DNA from: a virus
Taxonomy: Duplodnaviria > Caudoviricetes
IMG/VR virus record: IMGVR_UViG_3300037807_000296
Coordinates: 1,295 to 65,294 of that record
Length of the DNA stretch: 64,000 nt
Direction: 5' to 3' (one strand)
Shown: piece by piece, positions 38,395-47,084 of the stretch
Numbering within the stretch: the first letter of the stretch is position 1
Layout of the letters: each line of letters starts with the position of its first letter
Notes under the pieces: generated by a model
Told to the model about the DNA's origin: nothing
Seen by the model: only the letters and a program-made list of their open reading frames with translations
Database searches by the model: none
Program-made: the position numbers and the translations under genes

Positions 38395-38827
38395 TTGGTT
38401 GTATGATGATGTAAAATTCACAACAGATGATATTGGTGATGCTATAGGGTTTGTCTATAGGATCACTAATACGCAGAATGGGATGGATTACATCGGTAAG
38501 AAGAATTTCTGGCGGAAGGTGACTAAGCCTCCTCTTAAAGGAAAGAAACGAAAGCGACGATCTATAGTGGAATCTGATTGGCAGGTATATCATGGTTCAT
38601 CTAACAAATTGTTATCTGATATAGATGGATATGGTTACGATGCATTTAATCGGGAGATTTTGTGTCTGTGTACATCTAAATCAATGATGAGTTATATCGA
38701 GTTATGGTATCAAATGAAAGAAGGTGTGTTGTTTAGTGATATGTCGTATAATGGTATCATCAACATTAGGATTAATTCTTCAGCTATTAAAAAGGATAAA
38801 GAGTTTATATTAAATGAGACAAAATAA
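38387..38827 (+). CDS. GIY-YIG nuclease (single-domain type conserved in T4-like phages)
   Basis: GFVY...YIGKK, ESDW..YHGSS, YNG. Confidence 0.8.
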   Translation: MNDWLYDDVKFTTDDIGDAIGFVYRITNTQNGMDYIGKKNFWRKVTKPPLKGKKRKRRSIVESDWQVYHGSSNKLLSDIDGYGYDAFNREILCLCTSKSMMSYIELWYQMKEGVLFSDMSYNGIINIRINSSAIKKDKEFILNETK

Positions 38828-38917
38828 TTTGAAATTTTAGTTGACAGGTATCTAAATATATGGTATACTGGTACTATCAATTGAATTATTCTTTTGATAC
38901 TAATTATGGGATTTAAT

Positions 38918-39175
38918 ATGAATAAAGATGAATTAAAACAAGCATTACATGAAGGGGCAGTTCGTATCACTTTTACAAAGAAAGATGGCTCAGAACGAAC
39001 TGGTTGGTTTACTCTTCAAGCTGATGTATTAGCAGAAATTGTAGGAACAGGAAAATCAAAGACTATCAATAACCCTGATCTTATTGTTGCTACTGAGATT
39101 GCTGTAGATGGGAATAATCAATGGAGATCATTTAATTTCGATCAAATAACTGATATTAAAACAGAGAGATCATAA
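38918..39175 (+). CDS. WYL_2/SH3-barrel domain protein
   Basis: FTKKDGSER...TL...WRSF; promoter TTGACA-17-TATACT at 38841. Confidence 0.75.
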   Translation: MNKDELKQALHEGAVRITFTKKDGSERTGWFTLQADVLAEIVGTGKSKTINNPDLIVATEIAVDGNNQWRSFNFDQITDIKTERS

Positions 39176-39381
39176 TGAAGGTTAATCTAACACAAGAATA
39201 TTATACTAGCCGAGTTCAGTTCGGAAATTATCACTCAATCACAACTCCATTTGCATCTGATACAGATAAAGCTGCAGGAAGAGAGTGGACACTTCCTGGA
39301 ACGAAAAAACTTTTCCTTGCATCTGAGATTCAAACGTTTGCAACTAAACTCGGTTACGGTGGTATATTTGAGAGTGTATGA
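39175..39381 (+). CDS. Hypothetical protein
   Basis: ORF overlapping both neighbours. Confidence 0.5.
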   Translation: MKVNLTQEYYTSRVQFGNYHSITTPFASDTDKAAGREWTLPGTKKLFLASEIQTFATKLGYGGIFESV

Positions 39382-41201
39382 AAGATAATCAAATTAAAGT
39401 GTTGAGTGATAGAGATCACGTACTATTGCGACCAGCGATGTATTTGGGATCGGTTAACACTAAACTCCACGAAGACTTTTTTCTTGAGGATGATTCTATA
39501 TCACATCAAGGTAAAGAGTATGTCCCTGCATTGGTTAAGATGTTTGGGGAGGTATTTGATAATGCTGTGGATGAAGCTATTCGTACCAACTTTGAATACG
39601 CTACGGATATCCGTGTAAAGATAACTTCTGATAGTATCACTATCAAGGATACTGGAAGAGGTATACCAGTTGAATTAGAAGAATCTACAGGAGAATATGG
39701 TCCAGTATTAGCTTGGGGACAAATGAAAGCTGGTTCTAACTTTGAAGATGATGATACTAGAATGACAGCTGGTATGAATGGTGTTGGGGCGTCTGTTGTA
39801 AATATATTCTCAACCAAATTTAAAGGTGAAACTTCAGATGGTCAACAGAAATTAGTTTACACCTCAAAAGATAATATGGATAGTAATTATGTAAAGGTTA
39901 CTAATTCATCTCTCAATTACACTCAAGTTACATTCCATCCAGATTTTTCTAGATTGGAGTGTGATGTTATAGATGATGTAACGTTGAATGTTATGAAACA
40001 GAGAGTATTAATAGCATCTATTATGTTTCCTGATATCTCTTTCAGATTTAATAATAAAAAAATACATTCTAAGAGTCCTAAACATTTTATCAATTTATTT
40101 GGGAAAGGAGCAGACGTTTTAACTGGAGGGGATGGTAAGTGGTTTGTTGGTGTTATTCCTAATGATAATGATGATTTCAGATTCTTCTCTTATGTTAACG
40201 CTCTACATATGAAGGATGGAGGAACTCATATTGATAATATTTCATATAATATAGTAAACCGTCTTAAAGATAAACTCATTAGAAAGCATAAAGGTATTAA
40301 ACCAGGAGACATTAGAAATAAGATGCAATTAGTTGTATTCTTTAGAGATTTTCCTAAATTTGAAACAAACTCACAGACCAAAGAGAGTTTGAGTAACTCA
40401 GCATCATTCATTAGGGAGTATATGGGAGATGTTGATTGGGATAGTTTTGTATATAAGTTAGCGAAGAATAAATTATTAATTGATCCTATCACAGAAGTGT
40501 TTAGAATTAAGGAAGAGTTTAAGAAAAGGCAAGAGCTTAAAAAATTAGATAAAGTCACTAAAAGGATTAAGTCAGAGAAATATTTTCCTGCTATTGGGGG
40601 AGTTGATAAGTTATATATCTGTGAAGGGACAAGTGCTCGAGTTGGTTTAATGAAAATACTCGGGAGGAGAGGAAATTCCTTTTATGAACTTAAAGGGGTA
40701 CCGTTGAATGCAGTGAACGCGTCGCAACAAAAATTCACAGCAAATAAAGAGTTATCAGAATTGTATAAAATTATTAATAATGTAGATTTTAATCGGATTG
40801 TGATTGCAACAGATGCTGATCTTGACGGTAATAAAATTACTGGTCTTTTGTTTGGATTCTTTATAACATACATGCCTGATGTAAGTGTATCAAGATTAAG
40901 AACTCCATTGATGGTCCTTAAAAAAGGAGATAAGGTTATTAAGTGGGCTTATGATATGACAGAAATTAATTCATGGACTGAAGTAGATATGAAGGGTTGT
41001 GAAGCTTTTTACGTAAAAGGATTAGGATCTTGGAGAGCAGATCAATTAAGACATGTTATTAATATTGATGGTCTAGATAATATGATTGATAATGTAATTT
41101 TTGATGATAACACTATTATCACTAGTTGGCTATCATCTAATACATCTGACATCAGAAAAGAATATGTATTAGCTAATGAATTTTCTATTGCTAAATTGTA
41201 A
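39378..41201 (+). CDS. 39: Type IIA topoisomerase large subunit (gp39+60 fused)
   Basis: HVLLRPAMYLGS, EVFDNAVDE, GMNGVG, CEGTSA, TDADLDG, KGLGS. Confidence 0.95.
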   Translation: MKDNQIKVLSDRDHVLLRPAMYLGSVNTKLHEDFFLEDDSISHQGKEYVPALVKMFGEVFDNAVDEAIRTNFEYATDIRVKITSDSITIKDTGRGIPVELEESTGEYGPVLAWGQMKAGSNFEDDDTRMTAGMNGVGASVVNIFSTKFKGETSDGQQKLVYTSKDNMDSNYVKVTNSSLNYTQVTFHPDFSRLECDVIDDVTLNVMKQRVLIASIMFPDISFRFNNKKIHSKSPKHFINLFGKGADVLTGGDGKWFVGVIPNDNDDFRFFSYVNALHMKDGGTHIDNISYNIVNRLKDKLIRKHKGIKPGDIRNKMQLVVFFRDFPKFETNSQTKESLSNSASFIREYMGDVDWDSFVYKLAKNKLLIDPITEVFRIKEEFKKRQELKKLDKVTKRIKSEKYFPAIGGVDKLYICEGTSARVGLMKILGRRGNSFYELKGVPLNAVNASQQKFTANKELSELYKIINNVDFNRIVIATDADLDGNKITGLLFGFFITYMPDVSVSRLRTPLMVLKKGDKVIKWAYDMTEINSWTEVDMKGCEAFYVKGLGSWRADQLRHVINIDGLDNMIDNVIFDDNTIITSWLSSNTSDIRKEYVLANEFSIAKL

Positions 41202-41210
41202 AGGTATATT

Positions 41211-42527
41211 ATGACAACAACGACTGAATTCTTCTCAACTGATTATGTTGATTATGCATCATATGACAATTTACGTAAAATCTGTAGTTATGTTGATGGA
41301 TTAAAAAACACATCTCGGAAGATTATTGCTACAATCATTCGAAATAATATTAATAAAGAACATAAAGTGTTACAGCTTGCTAGTAAGATGTCTGAGCAAT
41401 ATCAATACTTACACGGGGATGCAAGTGGTGTGATTGTTACATTAGCTCAACATCACATCGGTTCAAATAATCTACCACTGTTAAAAGATGCAGGAGAATT
41501 TGGATCTCGTTTCGAGCCTATTGCAGCAGCTCCAAGATACATATTTACTCACAAGGAGAGTTATTTCAACTCTTTATTCAATGATGATGATTCACCTGTA
41601 TTGAAACATCAAACATTTGAAGGAGAGGTTATTGAACCTATATTCTTTATACCAACACTACCTCTTATATTAGTTAATGGATCTGAAGGTATATCACCTG
41701 GATTTGCTCAGAAAATACTTCCTCGGAAGGTAGATGGAATTAAGAAGTCTTTGATTAATTTTATTAATGGAAAGAGTATCCGAGCCCAGAAACCACATTA
41801 CAACGGCTTCAGAGGAACTATCTCTAAAGGGGATGGAGATAGTAAGTGGTTAATTTCAGGGAGTATTAAGTTACTGTCTATGAATAAAGTAGAGATTACT
41901 GAATTACCTATTGGATATACTCTTAAATCATATGTTAACATTCTTAATGGTCTTGAAGATAGTAAAGTGTTAAAATCATTTGAAGATCGAAGTGACAATG
42001 ATCAATTTAATTTTATTGTAGATTTCTCTAGAGGGGTTATCAGAGATCGAGATGAGGGTTTTATTCTCGATACGTTAAAATTGGTTAAGAAAGTGTCGGA
42101 GAACTTCACTACAATAGATCAAGATAATAAAATTAAAGTGTTTAATAATGATGTTGATCTGCTGAAAGCGTGGGTTGATATTAAACTTACATATACTTTG
42201 AAACGAAAAAAATATATGTTATCACAAATGCAACATGAAGGAGAACTGTTGACATCGAGATATATCTTCATTAAATCTGTAATAGATGGAGATATAATAG
42301 TTACAAACACTAAAAAATGTGATATAATAAAACAAATTAAAAAAGTCAATGGGGTAATCGAGAAAGATGGGTTATATGATTACTTATTGAATATGCCGAT
42401 TCACTCCCTAACAAAAGAGAAGGTTACTATGTTGAAAAGTAAAATTAAAGTGTTGATGGTTGATATAAAATCACTGAAACGTAAGACTGAACAAGAGTTG
42501 TATATGGAGGATCTGGATCAATTATGA
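41211..42527 (+). CDS. 52: Type IIA topoisomerase medium subunit gp52
   Basis: DGLK, YLHG, AAPRY catalytic Tyr, ITELP. Confidence 0.95.
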   Translation: MTTTTEFFSTDYVDYASYDNLRKICSYVDGLKNTSRKIIATIIRNNINKEHKVLQLASKMSEQYQYLHGDASGVIVTLAQHHIGSNNLPLLKDAGEFGSRFEPIAAAPRYIFTHKESYFNSLFNDDDSPVLKHQTFEGEVIEPIFFIPTLPLILVNGSEGISPGFAQKILPRKVDGIKKSLINFINGKSIRAQKPHYNGFRGTISKGDGDSKWLISGSIKLLSMNKVEITELPIGYTLKSYVNILNGLEDSKVLKSFEDRSDNDQFNFIVDFSRGVIRDRDEGFILDTLKLVKKVSENFTTIDQDNKIKVFNNDVDLLKAWVDIKLTYTLKRKKYMLSQMQHEGELLTSRYIFIKSVIDGDIIVTNTKKCDIIKQIKKVNGVIEKDGLYDYLLNMPIHSLTKEKVTMLKSKIKVLMVDIKSLKRKTEQELYMEDLDQL

Positions 42528-43372
42528 GTACGTTAATGCTAGTTGATCAGAATCAGATTCTGCTTGGAGCTATATTTGCTACTACTAGAAAACAAGATGA
42601 TGTTGATATAAGTCTCATTCGTCATGTGTTTTTTAGATCTATTATTGCATTAAATAAAAAGTTTAAACCAGATGATATTGTGATATGTGGGGAGGGACGA
42701 TCTTGGCGGAAGGATGTGTATCCTCATTACAAAGCTCATCGTAAGAAGGGTAGAGATAAATCACCTTATGATTTTGATAAGATATTTCCAATGATCAATC
42801 AAATTATAGATGAGATTAATGAGTTTATGCCGTGGAAAGCTGTTAGTCATAAAAGGGCAGAGGCTGATGATATTATAGGTCAGTTAGGGCGACGACATGC
42901 TATGAGTGGAGGTAAAGTTGTTATCGTAAGTTCAGATCATGATTTCAAACAGCTTCACGAGTTTGGGAATGTAGTGCAATGGAATCCAACTATGAAGAAG
43001 TTGGTTAGAGGGGAACCCGGATATCTGAAGACTCATATCATCAAAGGAGATTCAGGTGACGGTATCGAGAATATATTGACTGATGGAGGAACGCTTATAA
43101 CCGAAGGGAAGAGACAGACTCCGATCAGAAAGATGTTCTTAGATGCGTGTATGGCTATGCATGAGGATGAGTTAATTGCTCATCCAGATTTATCAGAAAA
43201 TTATCAACGGAATAGGGAATTGATTGATTTGAGTTACACTCCTCAAGATATTAAATTAGATATCAATAAGATGTATGATGAATATGATGGACAAGGGGAT
43301 CGGAAAAAAGTGTTTAACTATTTCATTAAGAATAAGTTGAAGAATTTAATGGGAGATATTAATAATGTGTGA
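42524..43372 (+). CDS. rnh: RNase H / 5'-3' exonuclease
   Basis: WRKDVYPHYKAHR, EADDII, SSDHDFKQL, GDSGDGI. Confidence 0.94.
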   Translation: MSTLMLVDQNQILLGAIFATTRKQDDVDISLIRHVFFRSIIALNKKFKPDDIVICGEGRSWRKDVYPHYKAHRKKGRDKSPYDFDKIFPMINQIIDEINEFMPWKAVSHKRAEADDIIGQLGRRHAMSGGKVVIVSSDHDFKQLHEFGNVVQWNPTMKKLVRGEPGYLKTHIIKGDSGDGIENILTDGGTLITEGKRQTPIRKMFLDACMAMHEDELIAHPDLSENYQRNRELIDLSYTPQDIKLDINKMYDEYDGQGDRKKVFNYFIKNKLKNLMGDINNV

Positions 43373-43378
43373 TTACCG

Positions 43379-43573
43379 ATGAATATGTACTCTCCTTGCT
43401 TAGAATGTTTATTCAAGCAACGTTATCAGTATGGGTTAATATATTGTACCCATCAGAATACAGATTCAATGAGAGTAGAGGTTAAGGTTGATGAGAAACA
43501 TTGGCCTAACATGTACGATCAATATAATATAATTGAATGTCGAGAAGGTCGATATTCTATAAAAAAGGATTAA
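43379..43573 (+). CDS. Small Cys-containing hypothetical protein
   Basis: ORF filling the gap between rnh and the exonuclease. Confidence 0.45.
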   Translation: MNMYSPCLECLFKQRYQYGLIYCTHQNTDSMRVEVKVDEKHWPNMYDQYNIIECREGRYSIKKD

Positions 43574-43574
43574 T

Positions 43575-44141
43575 ATGAAAAGTTTTTTAATTATAGATTT
43601 CGAGACCTTAGATACTCGTCCATCAGCCGTTGTGTTATCTTTAGGAGCTTACTACGTGGATCTAGATAAAGATTTACCTAGTTATCAAGATATCATTGAT
43701 ACTGGATATTACAAAACGTTTGATGTTGAGGAGCAAGTACAGGATGGTCGCACCATCAGCAAAGATACATTAGATTGGTGGAAAGATGTTGGAGAAGAAG
43801 CTCAGCATATTCTTAAACCGTCAAATGATGATGTATCATATAAGAGTTTGATTCCATCACTTCGTGAATATATATCAGATTATTCTGATTTTTTTGTATT
43901 CGCTCGATCTCCGTCATTTGATTTTAGTATCATTGATGATATTATATACTCTCAAAAAGAAGAGGTATTGTACCCTCAGTGGATGCAGAGAGATACCCGT
44001 ACTTGGATTGAATGTATGTCTGATTATAAGATTTATAACGGATTTAATATACCAGATCAAGGAGTTTCTATTATAAAACATCACGCTCTCCATGATATTG
44101 CTATAGATATTATTAGAATGAAAATGATAGTGGAGGCTTAA
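43575..44141 (+). CDS. dexA: DEDDh 3'-5' exonuclease (DexA-like)
   Basis: IDFETL, SFD, RDTRT, HHALHD. Confidence 0.82.
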   Translation: MKSFLIIDFETLDTRPSAVVLSLGAYYVDLDKDLPSYQDIIDTGYYKTFDVEEQVQDGRTISKDTLDWWKDVGEEAQHILKPSNDDVSYKSLIPSLREYISDYSDFFVFARSPSFDFSIIDDIIYSQKEEVLYPQWMQRDTRTWIECMSDYKIYNGFNIPDQGVSIIKHHALHDIAIDIIRMKMIVEA

Positions 44142-44142
44142 T

Positions 44143-44454
44143 ATGGAAATTGAAAATATAACCAATCCTATTAACTATATCATCACTTATTGTTTAGATG
44201 AAGATAAAGAATCATGTGTTGAGTATGATATTGTAGTTGATGGAGAGATTTCTAATAAACCAGCAATGGTATTTGAACATTTGGAATCCATCCCTTATAT
44301 AGTGGAGATGCCTGACGGAACTATGATTAATCTTAAACAATTTAAATATGCTTATATTGATACTGTTTCTAATGAGATTCCTAAACCTGATATTAATAAT
44401 TCTACTTCTGGTGGTAATGTTGTAAATATATTTAGTAGATTGAAACCTGAATGA
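44143..44454 (+). CDS. Hypothetical protein
   Basis: 103-aa ORF with SD GGAGG. Confidence 0.55.
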   Translation: MEIENITNPINYIITYCLDEDKESCVEYDIVVDGEISNKPAMVFEHLESIPYIVEMPDGTMINLKQFKYAYIDTVSNEIPKPDINNSTSGGNVVNIFSRLKPE

Positions 44455-44710
44455 TACATTTACAACATTCCAATAACTTGTCTTGTGTAGAATACTTTCA
44501 GCTGATTGTGTAATTTTAATCCAGATATCATAACTTTCATTAATAAGCGTGTTTTTTGATTTGAGGTGGAAGTTAGGTATGAGAGTACAGTAACCTTAAT
44601 AAACACGGTTATTTAAACATTTCTTGTATTTTGGGCACTTAAACCCCCTGTGTTTATGTGGTTTATATTTTAAGGGATATGTGTATATTTGCTGATTATT
44701 AAATTTTATT

Positions 44711-44774
44711 AAAATAACTGTTGACTTTTTTTTCAAATCCTGTATAATAGACCTCACTGAAGCAAGAAAGGAAA
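44711..44774 (+). promoter_or_regulatory. Early promoter/leader cassette, copy 1
   Basis: AAATAACTGTTGACT..TGTATAATAGACC..AGCAAGAAAGGAAA, near-identical to 48409-48471. Confidence 0.8.
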
Positions 44775-44861
44775 GTAATATGAGTATAATTGAATTGATG
44801 TTTGTAGGGTTAGTTGCTGGACCTGTTATAGGTCGTTTAATTGAATTATGGGAGAATTATA

Positions 44862-45029
44862 ATGTTTAAAGTATTCACAATTGATGCGTATCATTCATGT
44901 ATTGTTGATGTCGCTGATGATCTCAAATTAATGATTACCGAAGCAAGGGAGCTATTTAAGATGGGGTTTCCTGATACAGAGGTAATGGTATTGGATCAGG
45001 ATGATAATATATTATGGTCGGGGGGTTAG
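44862..45029 (+). CDS. Small early hypothetical protein
   Basis: SD GGGAG before ATG 44862. Confidence 0.5.
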   Translation: MFKVFTIDAYHSCIVDVADDLKLMITEARELFKMGFPDTEVMVLDQDDNILWSGG

Positions 45030-45305
45030 ATGGTTAAGCAAGATGGGTATAAGGGGTTGGGATTTAATCCTGCAATGAGTCTCAGAGAAGTAGCAGAGCA
45101 ACTTCAATTTGAAGAAGGAGCTGAAAAACCTCTTACAATTCAACGAATTCTCGCTATTGAAAAGTCAGCGCTCGCTAAGTTATCTAAGAATCCTACATTA
45201 AAGAAGATGTTTGATACATATGTAACCGGAAATTCATCAGATGAGTATTTCGGTGAAGGTCAAGGGGCGGGTGGTAATATTAGACCAGATAAAACAATGA
45301 TGTAG
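45030..45305 (+). CDS. Stand-alone sigma70 region 4-like HTH protein
   Basis: MSLREVAEQL...LTIQRILAIEKSALAKL resembles TLEEVG..VTRERIRQIEAKALRKL. Confidence 0.72.
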   Translation: MVKQDGYKGLGFNPAMSLREVAEQLQFEEGAEKPLTIQRILAIEKSALAKLSKNPTLKKMFDTYVTGNSSDEYFGEGQGAGGNIRPDKTMM

Positions 45306-45307
45306 AT

Positions 45308-45535
45308 TTGGAGATCAACGTGTTTAAACGTGCAGAAATTGAAGGTGGATGGGAATTCATCGATAAAACCCCTGCTGGTGGAATGACTTATTATGATCTA
45401 AATTTAGATCAAGTTGCAGTGGTTTATGACGACATCATCAAAGTGTTTAATAGGAAACGAAGATTACCTATTGAGCACTCGAATGGAAAATATCCTTGTG
45501 CTTATGATGTAGATGGTCAGGATTTTTTGCTTTGA
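45308..45535 (+). CDS. Hypothetical protein
   Basis: 75-aa ORF, TTG start. Confidence 0.45.
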   Translation: MEINVFKRAEIEGGWEFIDKTPAGGMTYYDLNLDQVAVVYDDIIKVFNRKRRLPIEHSNGKYPCAYDVDGQDFLL

Positions 45536-45637
45536 ATATTTGTAATATGAACTGGAGTTACTAATTGAAATTATATATAATAATCACCAGGAAGTCTTGA
45601 TAGCAGATGGTAAATAGGTTATCAAGAAAAAAAATGA

Positions 45638-45709
45638 ACAAAAGAGATAAATAATAGTATAATATAGAAATATACAAAAGAGATAAATAATAGTATAATA
45701 TAGAAATAT
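45638..45709 (+). repeat. Perfect 36-bp tandem duplication containing GATAAATA and TATAAT
   Basis: ACAAAAGAGATAAATAATAGTATAATATAGAAATAT x2. Confidence 0.95.
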
Positions 45710-45726
45710 ACAAACAAAAGGATTTT

Positions 45727-45849
45727 ATGAAAACATTTACACAACCACTTAGACAGGAACAAGATCACGGCACAATTACGCCCGTGTTCAGTCCTGCCAT
45801 AGTATGTTGGTTAAATGGATCGAATTATAAGGGAGGGGTCCCTGAATGA
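45727..45849 (+). CDS. Putative attenuator leader peptide (40 aa)
   Basis: SD AAGGA; MKTFTQPLRQEQDHGTITPVFSPAIVCWLNGSNYKGGVPE; 3' end overlaps the antiterminator strand. Confidence 0.75.
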   Translation: MKTFTQPLRQEQDHGTITPVFSPAIVCWLNGSNYKGGVPE

Positions 45850-45885
45850 AGTAGCTCAATACACTCATTCAAGAAGGACCCTCCC
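45831..45885 (+). promoter_or_regulatory. Antiterminator hairpin
   Basis: GGGAGGG-G-TCC..TGAATGA pairs with TCATTCA..GGA-CCCTCCC. Confidence 0.75.
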
Positions 45886-45909
45886 AGTATGAACTTGGAG
45901 GGTTTTTTT
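45878..45909 (+). terminator. Intrinsic terminator that also sequesters the downstream SD
   Basis: ACCCTCC-CAGT-ATGA-ACTT-GGAGGG followed by T7. Confidence 0.85.
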
Positions 45910-46053
45910 ATGCAAACAATTAAACAAGAGAAAAAGAATGTGTCTCGTAATTTTGTTGCGAAACATTCAAGTGAATATAATCATTCTCGAGTCTTTCGAG
46001 ATAGGAAGAATGATTATAAACGGAAGTCTAAACACGTAACAACTGTTTATTGA
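45910..46053 (+). CDS. ArfA-like small basic protein (47 aa)
   Basis: MQTIKQEKKNVSRNFVAKHSSEYNHSRVFRDRKNDYKRKSKHVTTVY; RV..........Y.RK.KH pattern; SD GGAGG. Confidence 0.62.
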   Translation: MQTIKQEKKNVSRNFVAKHSSEYNHSRVFRDRKNDYKRKSKHVTTVY

Positions 46054-46204
46054 TATATAGGATACCTAGATCCATAAGCTAGGGTATTGTAGAGGGAACA
46101 AGTCTTTTAAGATGGTAACCAACACAATTGCATAGAGACATGAGGAATTTTGTATTCCTCGTTTCTTTAAGGGTATTCGTTAGAGTATCTTTAAAGAAAT
46201 TTTT

Positions 46205-46279
46205 GCCTTGGTCGTATAATGGTTAGTACAGAAGATTGTCGATCTTCATATAGGGTTTCGATTACCCTCCAAGGCGCCA
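46205..46279 (+). tRNA. tRNA-Asp(GTC)
   Basis: Cloverleaf, GAAGA-TTGTCGA-TCTTC, encoded CCA. Confidence 0.9.
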
Positions 46280-46557
46280 AATAACCGATTGATGTGAAAT
46301 GAAGATATTTCACTAAGTCTAGCGCTGCGGTATCGTTAATACATTAGCAAGTATAATTTGGAACCTTAGTTGAGATGTATATTATCATATTCAGTAATAG
46401 CAGTGATTAAATCACTATATGATATTGTTGATTTTGTTTTCTTGGTATTGTTCTCTGTTTGTAACATTAATTCACAATTTAACATGTGTTTAATAGTAAA
46501 ACATCTCTCTTACAAAGAGGAGCCAAAGGAGCGTTACCTTTATTGGATACCAAAAAT

Positions 46558-46631
46558 GTCGTGTTAGCTCCAATTGGCAGAGCAGGAGTTTCCAACACTC
46601 ATGGTTCGGGGTTCGAATCCCTGGCACGGCG
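46558..46631 (+). tRNA. tRNA-Trp(CCA)
   Basis: Cloverleaf, loop TTCCAAC, GTTCGAATC; no encoded CCA. Confidence 0.85.
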
Positions 46632-46633
46632 CC

Positions 46634-46705
46634 CGTAATCGATCAAGAGATCATTCATCTTTCATAAAGAAGAATAGCTTGGGGCAGTACCAAGGATTAC
46701 GACCA
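46634..46705 (+). tRNA. Atypical tRNA with CAT anticodon (Met-like)
   Basis: CGTAATC/GATTACG acceptor plus ACCA; loop TTCATAA; T-loop GGCAGTA; short D arm. Confidence 0.68.
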
Positions 46706-46722
46706 TATAATGTTATAAAATA

Positions 46723-46798
46723 GGGGAATGGGCTTGGGTACCCAGGATTCTTTTGCAAGGAGTCAGCTTGATCAGTTCAATTCTGATATTCTCTACCA
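46723..46798 (+). tRNA. tRNA-Ala(TGC)
   Basis: G3:U70, loop TTTGCAA, ACCA. Confidence 0.85.
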
Positions 46799-46805
46799 GT
46801 TATAT

Positions 46806-46878
46806 GCCTGTGAGCTAATGGATAGACGCCAGCCTTCCAAGCTGTGCTGAGAGGTTTCGATCACCTCCACAGGCTCCA
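46806..46878 (+). tRNA. tRNA-Gly(TCC)
   Basis: GCCTGTG/CACAGGC, loop CTTCCAA, TCCA. Confidence 0.88.
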
Positions 46879-46903
46879 TTTAATGATTGATGTAATATAT
46901 TTA

Positions 46904-46987
46904 GTCTTTTGTTCCTGACATCAGTCTTCTAAACTGATCCAAGAGTTAGGTGGATGGCGTGAGGTTCGATTCCTCCAGAGGACACCA
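46904..46987 (+). tRNA. Atypical tRNA-Arg(TCT): D arm missing, long variable region
   Basis: Acceptor GTCTTTT/AGAGGAC plus ACCA, ATCAGT-CTTCTAA-ACTGAT, GGTTCGATTCC. Confidence 0.72.
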
Positions 46988-46993
46988 ACAAAC

Positions 46994-47079
46994 GGAAGAT
47001 AAACTAGTCAGGGACTAGACTTGTTTGCTAAACAATGTGAACCGCAAGGTTTGAATTTCGAATATTCTGTCTTCCACCA
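46994..47079 (+). tRNA. tRNA-Ser(GCT)
   Basis: Long variable arm with GCAA loop, anticodon loop TTGCTAA. Confidence 0.88.
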
Positions 47080-47084
47080 ATAAA

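Noticed and set aside
46370-46567. 65-aa ORF within the tRNA array
   Set aside because: TTG start without SD, overlaps tRNA-Trp, no motif.
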